DNA from: a virus
Taxonomy: Duplodnaviria; Caudoviricetes
Length of the DNA stretch: 64,000 nt
Virus record (IMG/VR): IMGVR_UViG_3300033463_000086
Span: 1 to 64,000 of that record
Direction: 5' to 3' (one strand)
Both the position numbers and the translations under genes were made by a program. Under the pieces are notes generated by a model that did no database searches, was not told the DNA's origin, and worked only from the letters and a program-made list of their open reading frames with translations. Each line of letters starts with the position of its first letter. Position 1 is the stretch's first letter. Positions 48,902-57,223 of this stretch are shown here, in pieces.

Positions 48902-51038
48902 TCAGAACTTATCATTGTCAACATAATGAAAGTTCAAATTGATGTCGCCCTGATTATGCAACCACTCATATGCAGGGTGGAAATCATACAGACTGGTCAC
49001 ATAAACGCGATTGTGAGCCACCTGAAACACATAGTTGCACAAAGGAGCCTCAACATATGCATCAGCCCACTGGTCATTGAATAAATCACGACCAACGACC
49101 TCTTCCATTACCAACGTGCCAGCCCATTTCAGATACAGGAAATTGTCATGCATTAATGTAACTGCCGCCGTGTCCCTGATGTAGTCCACAAGTTCTTTCA
49201 GCGTCATTGTGAAACCTGCGCGAATGACGATAAACTCGCGTTCGCCATACTTATCCGTAAGATTGAACTTATGGATGCCGAACTCTTGACCCTCTCCGTA
49301 TGTGGCTGAGGTGGAATGTACGTAAGACATTTTAATATCCACAATGTCGAACGTACCATCTTCGTTGATTTCGATTTCGTGTTGCATAGTTTTCTCCTTA
49401 TGCGGTTAAATCCATGTTTCAAAGAGGTCATCGAAATTGAACATAATAGGAACCGTCAGCAAGTCATTCTTCTTGCCGTAGTCCATAATGCGCTTCAGTT
49501 CGCTGTCCTCAACATTGAATTTATTGTACGAAATGTGCTTGGCGACTGTGTATGCCCTTGACGTGAACCAGACATCCTTATGGTTAGTCGGTATCACCAT
49601 TCTCTCCAACAGTTCCTTACAGAAAATGTCGTTGGGGATAGTGCTGAATGTGCCTTTCTTTGCATGTTCGAGGAAATACCACAAATGTTCACGGTATGGA
49701 TTTGCGAACAATGTCACCACAGTTATCGGTCTTTCCCATATTTGGAACCGATGAACGTATCTTCTTTCCACATAGTCTTTTATCTTGACCGGGAATGAAG
49801 ACGTTCCGTGATAGACCCCATAACCATTTGAGGTCAGTTGGAAGTCGTGTTGCATTAGATGTCTCCTTAATGATTACGAAAGCGAACCAGCCCATACATA
49901 CTGGCATGGGTGATTTTTCATATCTTTGAGGACGATGGGCTGAACCCATTTGGAGTTGCCTTTATCCCATATTGTACGATAAGCGTTTACCATGATGAAA
50001 CAGATAAGACGCCATTCTTCAGAAGTCATCCATCCATAAGCCCTCTCATCCCAATCCAAATGAAACAGATGATAGGCAACGTACAAGCACATAAGAACCT
50101 CGACTTCATGACCTATGCAACCAGTCATATCGTAGTGTTTCTCATACGCAAGCCGGAAGAAGTAGTATAAGTCATTCGCAGTGGGTTTCTTTCCTTTCGG
50201 ATGCGGAACTACGATTGATGTTTTGTAGACACCACGATAGACCACGGCATAACTGGTGAATGTTATTGCCTTTTTGTACTTTTTCGGATAATTGCTCAAC
50301 TTTGCATTACAGTCAAGCACATCCTCCAATTCTATGAAGTTTGTGTTTCTCATTGAATACCGCCTTTCGTTTTCTTAATGCGGTCAATCGTATCGGCAAT
50401 CCTGTCAGAAATGCCGAAGTCGTGAACATCTTCTTCAATCAGCATAACGAGGAAGATGCAGGTGAAGAGAATTGGGATAGCGAAAATGACCAATTCCACA
50501 AATTGTTCAATGCTCATTTTGTTTCCTTTCTTGTTTGGTTAGATGTTGAAGAAACGCTCCATCGGGTCGAAGCCATAGTAATCTTCGACATACGAATCAG
50601 CAATTTCAGGTTCTTTCTGAATGTTCTTAACGAACTCAACAGCCTCATCTATGGTGTTAAAGTAGTGTTGCCGTAATTCAATGTCATGGTCGTTGCAGGT
50701 GATATAAATGGAGTAAGAGAGTTCAGGGTCAAGTTCATAAATCTCAAACTCTGCACCATTTTTAGTGATTGTCTTGACGAGTTTCATAATAACTCCAAAA
50801 GTAAAGCCCTGCCGCATTTCTTTGGCAGGGCTTGTGTGGTTGTTTGAATGACTTACTCGTTACGCCATTCATCGAACTTGAAGTCGGGGTTCGCATCGCG
50901 TACAAGGTGCGACTCGTCCCACGCATTCTGAAGCCGATTGCGGAGGTCATTCATGTTGATGGATTCGAGAAACTCCATCACATCGCAAACGGTCTGTTCT
51001 GCGTTTCTCATGGTTTCTTTGACGGTTTTGTTGCCCAT
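48902..51038 (-). other. Group of early hypothetical genes (48902, 49406, 49874, 50539, 50853)
   Basis: Co-directional ORFs of 61-161 aa with RBS. Confidence 0.7.
50804..50833 (-). terminator. Intrinsic terminator inside the early operon
   Basis: 10-bp stem AAGCCCTGCC/GGCAGGGCTT followed on the - strand by TTACTTTT. Confidence 0.7.
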
Positions 51039-51059
51039 TTTAGTACCTTTCCTGTTTGG

Positions 51060-51745
51060 TGTTTATGGACTGATTAGAATGCACCGGATTGTGCATTCTT
51101 GACAATCTACAAACCCCCGTAGGGAATGGCGTATAGGGCTTATCTGCCGCAGCATGCTTATCTATACGCCATTGTTGTTGCAATATTTAGGACTCAATAT
51201 TGCCATTCGTTAATCTATAGGGCGGAAGTATCATTGAATAATTATTACGTTTTGATTTTAAGTTTATTGAATAATTTATCTTTGATACATTTTAATTTTT
51301 GTCGCTATTGTCAATCATAGCGGAGAATTAGGACTTATTCATCGGGGTTTGTGCCGAAAGTAATGGGCTGCCTTTCTCAATGCCGCTGATATTGTTGTAT
51401 ATCACCCATTCTCTCCTACTTTGCATCGCTTATTAGTGTAGTTTCTATGCCCGTGTTCGCGTGTAAGTATTCTTGCATTTAACTATATTTCTCACTGACC
51501 GTATGCCAAAAGGTCTGCGATAGCATTTTGGACTTATGCCTTATCGCAGAGATAGGACAGAGTACATTCCATCACTATTCTGCTTTATGGGCTGACGGCT
51601 AACCCCCTACCGAAATGCAAGACCGTAGTCCTATTGCATACCGTAGTATACTGCATTCGGAAATCGGGTATTACATAGGAATCCCCGTCAACCGAATGTC
51701 AAAGAACACCACCTGGGCGGCGAATGAACGCCCCGTCCCACAGGA
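51060..51745 (-). ncRNA. Candidate large structured non-coding RNA or leader
   Basis: ORF-free, starts just downstream of a consensus promoter, many hairpins including three C(UACG)G tetraloops on the - strand. Confidence 0.55.
51697..51708 (-). promoter_or_regulatory. boxA-like antitermination element (TGTTCTTTGACA)
   Basis: 10/12 match to rrn boxA TGCTCTTTAACA, directly after a GC hairpin and a promoter; exact second copy at 54469..54480. Confidence 0.5.
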
Positions 51746-51748
51746 TAC

Positions 51749-51951
51749 TATAATATAGCACTTCATTAGCCAAAGTCAAGCCCTCATTTTGACAATTTTC
51801 CGAATGTTTTTGAAATTTTTTATCGAAAGTTATCATTGTTACTTAACGTAAATGCTTAACGTATCTTTAACGTTACCTGTCTTCATAAATAAGGTATAGC
51901 ACGTCATAATCAAAAGTCAAGCCCTCATTTTGACAATTTTCCGAATGTTTT
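51749..51951 (-). promoter_or_regulatory. Tandem promoters sharing a 39-bp direct repeat
   Basis: AAAGTCAAGCCCTCATTTTGACAATTTTCCGAATGTTTT at 51772..51810 and 51913..51951; each contains the TTGACT -35 of a leftward promoter. Confidence 0.8.
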
Positions 51952-52065
51952 ACCCTATACGGAATCTTATCTACATTTGCGGTAAAACTCAAGCATTATC
52001 CGTATCGGCAGTGCATTAGTTATCCGCATTTGTATGAAGATTGTGTATATGTAAAGTTATCCTGA

Positions 52066-52129
52066 TTATACCCTATCGGGACTATTTTAGCCATTTTATC
52101 CGATTTTATACCCTATCGGGACTATTTTA
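52066..52129. repeat. 24-bp direct repeat x2 (iteron-like)
   Basis: TTATACCCTATCGGGACTATTTTA at 52066 and 52106. Confidence 0.85.
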
Positions 52130-52183
52130 TCTATGGTCTAACATTAATCATATGGTTGTTAATGACGGTTTATCGAATGTAAT

Positions 52184-52526
52184 AAAAAGTTAGTCCAGCC
52201 TAAGTCATTCAAAGCGCCACTATTAGAGTTTACATTTGTTTTTTACTCGTTTTTAATGATAGGTGTGTTGGTGTAATAGTGATGCGGTGTACTATAACAG
52301 TAATACACCTATGGTATAAATTTAATTAATACTGAGTGTCATTTTGGTGGCAGTTTGTATTTATGGTGGCACTGTGTCATTATAAAAACAGGGTGTAAGT
52401 GTTCTCCGCCCGACACCAGCATTTCATAACTTAGGCTGGACTAACTTATGTAAATAACTGACACTCAAATATTTACAACTTACATAACAATAAATACACA
52501 TAAATGACTTAGGCTCAACTAACTTT
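52184..52526. repeat. Three-copy pseudo-palindromic site, one copy inverted
   Basis: AAGTTAGTCCAGCCTAAGT (52187..52205), its exact reverse complement (52429..52447), and a 2-mismatch inverted copy (52502..52526). Confidence 0.85.
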
Positions 52527-52956
52527 TGAAGTATGTTATGTTTGAATATACCGACAAAGGCATAATCATAAAATGAAATGCAACGACGAATGAAATGCCA
52601 GCCCTCATTTATAACAATATTATATAGTGTGCTAAACTGTTGCCTATGCCGATGGTTATAACGATGAACATTCTCAATTCCATTCAATGAAATGTCACCA
52701 TTATTATCTCATCCACATAACGACAACGACAACGATGAAGATGAACATTGAAAACGATAGCGAATGAAATGCCAATGCCGACGTTTACATTCCATAACGA
52801 CAAAGACAACGATGAAGATGCCGACAGATAAAGCCATACCGACGATTATGCCGATGACTATATACATTCACATTCGTTCGTATGACCTAATAGTTCGTTC
52901 ATAAAAATATCTTTAATAGAAAAATAATAATTTGCAAAAAGGCGGCAAAAAATAAA

Positions 52957-52982
52957 AAGGCCGCCGCGAGAGCGGCGGCCTT
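52957..52982 (-). terminator. Intrinsic terminator
   Basis: 11-bp stem AAGGCCGCCGC/GCGGCGGCCTT, 4-nt loop, U-tract on the - strand, right after the 52993..53256 stop. Confidence 0.85.
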
Positions 52983-52992
52983 GTCGGCCTTG

Positions 52993-53256
52993 TTAGAGCT
53001 GGCCTTTTGTCAATCTCGGCAAGATTGTATTTTCAAAGATAAAGCTCGCAATCTCGGCGGCTAAATTGTCGGCCTCGGCTTCGGCCTCAGTTTTTGCCGC
53101 TTCGGCCTCGGCTTCGGCTATCGCCTCGGCTTCGGCCTTTGACAAAAGATAGATAGTTAAATCTAACTCTTGTTTCAACTCTTCGAGCTTATCTTCGAGC
53201 TTGTCTTTGTGACGTCTAAGAGTAGAGATTCTTTGTGATAACTTGTCGTTTTTCAC
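52993..53256 (-). CDS. Small Ala/Glu-rich coiled-coil protein (GTG start)
   Basis: 87 aa, AAGGA RBS, followed by a terminator. Confidence 0.6.
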   Translation of the reverse strand: MKNDKLSQRISTLRRHKDKLEDKLEELKQELDLTIYLLSKAEAEAIAEAEAEAAKTEAEAEADNLAAEIASFIFENTILPRLTKGQL

Positions 53257-53293
53257 TTTTGTTTTTCCTTTGTTTTAAGTTGTTTGTTTTTGT

Positions 53294-54068
53294 GCTATTG
53301 TGCTTTATTGTGCCGCTTGTCGGTTAGGTTTTTTGTTTGTTGTTGTTTGTTGTTGGAGTTGTTTACTTTGCGGCGGCCTTTTCGGCCTTGTCGGCGGCTT
53401 CGGCGGCCTTTTCAATAGCCGCTTTTAAGCTGTTGTTGTATTTTTCTATTGTTGCGGCTTCGGAGAGCGGCACAATAACAACAGCAAAGCCGAGGAGGCG
53501 GAGAATAAGAATAAACCTTTTCCAGTAGCCGTACTGACCGCAACTTGTTGCACCTGAGTCGATAAGCTGTTTTTGTGTATAGTCAACAGCGAGGGCCGAA
53601 GAGAGAGCAACTGCGGCTTGCCGCAAGTCGTTTTTTGTGACTTGTTTGTCTTTTGCGGCCTTTTCGGCCTTGTCGGCTTCGGCCTTTGTGCCTTCAGAAG
53701 CTTTCTTTGCGGCTTCGGCCTTTGCCTTTGCTTCGGCGGCGGCTTTGTCGGCCTTTGCGGCTTCGGCCTTTGCGGCCTTTGCGGCTTCGGCGGCTTTGCT
53801 TGCCTTGTCAATCTTACCGCTTGAGAGCAACTCAAGAGCGGCGGCGGCCTTGTCGGCGGCTTCGGCCTTTGCGGCTTCGGCCTTGACTTCGGCGGCCTTT
53901 GCTACTAACTCAAGAGCGGCGGCGGCCTTGTCGGCTTCGGCGGCCTTTGCTTTGAGCTTTTCGAGAGCGGAGAGCGGAGAGAGAGAACGAACGAACGAAA
54001 AGATTGTTTCAAACGTAATCACTTTTTGACTGCACTTTCTAACAAGCGGCACAATAAAGCACAATAGC
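53294..54068. repeat. Perfect 27-bp inverted repeat flanking the Ala/Lys-rich gene
   Basis: GCTATTGTGCTTTATTGTGCCGCTTGT (53294..53320) and its exact reverse complement (54042..54068). Confidence 0.92.
53363..54022 (-). CDS. Ala/Lys/Glu-rich low-complexity protein (histone H1/TolA-like composition)
   Basis: Long open frame of AAEADKAAAALEL-type repeats (29-bp repeat at 53829 and 53907). Start uncertain: GTG at 54022 or 54121. Confidence 0.6.
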   Translation of the reverse strand: MITFETIFSFVRSLSPLSALEKLKAKAAEADKAAAALELVAKAAEVKAEAAKAEAADKAAAALELLSSGKIDKASKAAEAAKAAKAEAAKADKAAAEAKAKAEAAKKASEGTKAEADKAEKAAKDKQVTKNDLRQAAVALSSALAVDYTQKQLIDSGATSCGQYGYWKRFILILRLLGFAVVIVPLSEAATIEKYNNSLKAAIEKAAEAADKAEKAAAK

Positions 54069-54957
54069 GAGAGAGTTGTATATTTTTCAAAGAGCAACAG
54101 CCGAAAAACAAGCGGCTTCACAAAAGAAAAGATTTTTAGAGTTATTTTATACAGTTTTTATTGAATAAATTATAACGTTTACACAATACACTATAAATAA
54201 GCACGTTACAGAATACAGCAATAAACTAATAGTTCGGCATTCCTAATTACTTTGCCGCAAAGAAAAAGTCTTAACCTATTGATAATCAAAGAGTTGCACC
54301 AAATTAGATTTAGTAAGGCGGCTGGGACCCTATAGAGTACCTCACACATACAATCCACATTTTCAAAACCCATCAATAAAATCACTTACTGCAATTCCCT
54401 ATAAATAAGTAAATTACAGTATAGGATTATTTGCACCAGTTTATAAATCAAGGATATATGTATTAAACTGTCAAAGAACAAAACAAATTGACTTATGACA
54501 AAACGCTACTGAGAACTTTGCAATAATGAGCGTAAAGTTTGCATTATCGTCTACACTTATTGATATTTATAGACACTTTGGCGCATAACTGGTACGAAAA
54601 ATGTGCCAAATAACTGCAAAACTGGTTGGAAAAATGTGCCAAAGTGCCATTTAAGGGTAATATTTGCACTTTGGATTGCACTTTGGAATACTTGCTTCAA
54701 ATACATCAAATATGACGCAATTCTTTATAAAATACGCTCGAAAATGCTATATTTGATTGATTGTACGTTTGAAATTTAGTTGACATGTTGACCTAATTTC
54801 TAACAAAACAGCTATAATGATATAAAATTATGCACACAGAGGTAATGACAACCATATGATTAATGTCTGTTTTTGGATTAATGTCTGTATAATAAAAAGA
54901 CACGTACAGAAGCGGCAACTAATGTACGTGTCAAAGCAGAGGAGCCAAGATATGCGA

Positions 54958-55161
54958 TTAAGAATGTTTTTGTTTCAGTTCATAAAGAAGAATGGTATAT
55001 GCGATAATTTCTTCAATGTACTTATATAGCCAGCGTTTATCGTCATCATCAAGTTCAAATGGAATACGATTTATGAGTAATTTCTTTTTGAGTAGGTGGT
55101 TTTCATGTTTAAGTCGTGTGTTTTCTTGAATGTAGTATTGTTCATTCATAGCTAATCTCAA
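54958..55161 (-). CDS. Hypothetical protein
   Basis: 67 aa overlapping the polymerase-like gene stop. Confidence 0.45.
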   Translation of the reverse strand: MRLAMNEQYYIQENTRLKHENHLLKKKLLINRIPFELDDDDKRWLYKYIEEIIAYTILLYELKQKHS

Positions 55162-56371
55162 TGTTATGGCGTGTAAGATTATGGTAGCAGTTTCTCATAA
55201 GGGTAATGACAGAGCTAACATCGGATTCACGGCAAATACAGGAATCGTGGACAGGAATGATTGGGATATTAATTGATTTGGCAAGTTCAAGGATAGAAAG
55301 CATCAGTTCGGAATCGGCGTTTTGAAGTCTGAGACCAAAGTTATCGTCAGCAAAGAAATGTTCACGGATAGCAGAATGACGTTCAAGCATTTTGGATATA
55401 GCAAGTTCAACATCAAGGTAGTTGTATTTGTTTTTGACGTAAGGATTTTCAAGGATGGCGTTAATGGCTTGATTTCGTGTTGTGCAGTTAAGAGAGATAA
55501 GGATGACCTTCTTGGCAAACTTACGGTCCGGTACGAAGTCATAAGCATCGCCAACAAGTTCTTTTCCGTTAAGGTTATAGGCAAGATTGATATGGAGGCA
55601 GTGGAAATCCGGTTCGACTGTTGCTTCTCCGTTGATTTCTATGGTCTTGCGTTCAGATTTTTTGAGGGTCTGATATGTAAAACCGTTGCCATCAGTACAG
55701 GTAGCATACAATCTTCCACCATGTTCCCAATCCTCAGTATAGACAGATTGAAGGTTGATGCGGAGGCGTTTCTTTTCGTTGTTCTTAATGCAGGTAACAA
55801 GGACAGAATCAGAGTAATAAGCGTTCAGGGATTCAATAGAGTGTTTTTTCGCTAAGATGTTGGTAGGTAAAGAGTTAAAATCAAGTTTAATGTCGTGTTT
55901 GTTCTTTTTAAGGCGTATGGTATTGGTGTGTTTGGTGTTGAAAATGTGTTTATGAGCTTTGTTCTTGGTATTGAAAATGAAAGTTAAGGCTTCAGTGGCA
56001 AAATATCTGGAACGGTAATTGTTTACATTGGAAATCAAGTCTTTATGCCCCTTGATTTCTTTAAGATAGCCACGATTGACAAGGAAATCAAGGACTGCAT
56101 TGAGCTTGCGGACCGAGATTTTCTGTTCCTTTAAGGTGGTTGTCTTGTTGTATGCCGCCCAAACGTGACAATCTCTGGACACGTAGAAGCCAGTCCCGCA
56201 CATTGACGTATAAAGAGCGTTGCACAGAACCATTGTAAGGTACTTCTTGGCGTCAACAGTATTAATTTCCTTGGCAAACCCATCAATAAGTGGTTCGACT
56301 TCCGGGAAATTGAGTTCTGCGATAACGTCAATCGGTTTGGCTTGTCTGATTTGAGTTGTTTTCGTGTCCAT
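55142..56371 (-). CDS. Minimal PolA / T7-RNAP-superfamily polymerase-like protein
   Basis: GGRLY...YQTL...R, motif A VEPDFHCLH, motif B RKFAKK (R-x3-K), LQNADSEL, motif C IPVHDS; no exonuclease domain. Confidence 0.72.
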   Translation of the reverse strand: MDTKTTQIRQAKPIDVIAELNFPEVEPLIDGFAKEINTVDAKKYLTMVLCNALYTSMCGTGFYVSRDCHVWAAYNKTTTLKEQKISVRKLNAVLDFLVNRGYLKEIKGHKDLISNVNNYRSRYFATEALTFIFNTKNKAHKHIFNTKHTNTIRLKKNKHDIKLDFNSLPTNILAKKHSIESLNAYYSDSVLVTCIKNNEKKRLRINLQSVYTEDWEHGGRLYATCTDGNGFTYQTLKKSERKTIEINGEATVEPDFHCLHINLAYNLNGKELVGDAYDFVPDRKFAKKVILISLNCTTRNQAINAILENPYVKNKYNYLDVELAISKMLERHSAIREHFFADDNFGLRLQNADSELMLSILELAKSINIPIIPVHDSCICRESDVSSVITLMRNCYHNLTRHNIEISYE

Positions 56372-56397
56372 AGGTTGCCTTTTTGTGTTTTACGAGA

Positions 56398-56520
56398 TAT
56401 AATATAGCACCGTTTCCGAAAAAGTCAAGCGAAAAAGCAACATTTCTACAAACTTTTTTCGATTTTCTTTTTCTTGATTTGGTGTAGTATCTAATATAGC
56501 ACAGAATCTCCAAAAGTCAA
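56398..56520 (-). promoter_or_regulatory. Tandem sigma70-type promoters for the minimal polymerase gene
   Basis: Two copies of TTGACT-N16-TATATT at 56401..56428 and 56493..56520. Confidence 0.8.
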
Positions 56521-56580
56521 ATCTAAATCAAAGAAATAAATTAGAATATTTGATATATAATTGTCGAATCCTACATATAC

Positions 56581-56603
56581 TATTTACCATATACGCACTA
56601 CAA
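56581..56603 (-). repeat. Right copy of the 23-bp long-range inverted repeat
   Basis: TATTTACCATATACGCACTACAA is the reverse complement of 39609..39631. Confidence 0.9.
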
Positions 56604-56815
56604 GTCACAACCTCTTCATTCTCAGCTACTTACAAAAACACCCTCAATTTCTGCTTATTTTACCTATTTACATTGATTTATGAGCAGGTTTTAGACGCAT
56701 AGATATTACCGTTCGGGCATATTTTCGGTTTTCATTCGGTAAAATTTCAAAAATGTTACCGTTCGGGAATAAAAAATAAAAATCGAAAAAAGTTATAAAT
56801 ATGTTACTTTTTTGC

Positions 56816-56843
56816 TTGACTATTTGGTTATTGGTGTTATAAT
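56816..56843 (+). promoter_or_regulatory. Sigma70-type promoter for the packaging/head operon
   Basis: TTGACT-N16-TATAAT with an extended -10 TG. Confidence 0.75.
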
Positions 56844-56845
56844 AT

Positions 56846-57223
56846 GTGTTGACTTACTATAGGAGGACTATGCAAAACATACCAATCGAGTTGAACAGAC
56901 ACTATCGGCATGATGAGATTTCCATACAGTGCGGCGAATCTGCATACACTTTGGCATTAGAAAACCAAGATGATATTCGCAGACGGTTTGTTCGTAATGA
57001 AAACGTCCACTGGTATGTAACTGCAAAGCGTCGTGGGAAAACTACATTGAGTTATATCGTTGTTCATAAGAAAGACATAACAACTTCTCAGAATGCAGCG
57101 AAGCGTACTATCTTTATGAGTTATGAAGAAGCACGTGAAATTGCTAACGAACTTATGCACTCTGAAATGTTTTATGCGGTAAATATTGTCGAATGCTATG
57201 ACAGGGTGGGTGTATGCCTCTAA
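56846..57223 (+). CDS. Hypothetical protein upstream of TerL
   Basis: 125 aa; likely start ATG 56870 after AGGAGG; overlaps the terL start. Confidence 0.6.
   Translation: MLTYYRRTMQNIPIELNRHYRHDEISIQCGESAYTLALENQDDIRRRFVRNENVHWYVTAKRRGKTTLSYIVVHKKDITTSQNAAKRTIFMSYEEAREIANELMHSEMFYAVNIVECYDRVGVCL

Noticed and set aside
51060-51745. tmRNA, RNase P, 6S RNA or group I intron identity for the structured region
   Set aside because: No tRNA-like ends or CCA, no RNase P core motifs recognised, too long for 6S, and it does not interrupt a gene.
51772-52830. Direct repeats as a possible CRISPR mini-array
   Set aside because: Each repeat has only two copies, periods are irregular (141, 40 and 77 bp), one contains a promoter -35, and no cas genes are present.
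53363-54121. TolA or histone H1 homology call for the Ala/Lys-rich ORF
   Set aside because: The similarity is compositional only, with no transmembrane anchor or conserved domain recognised, so it was left as low-complexity hypothetical.
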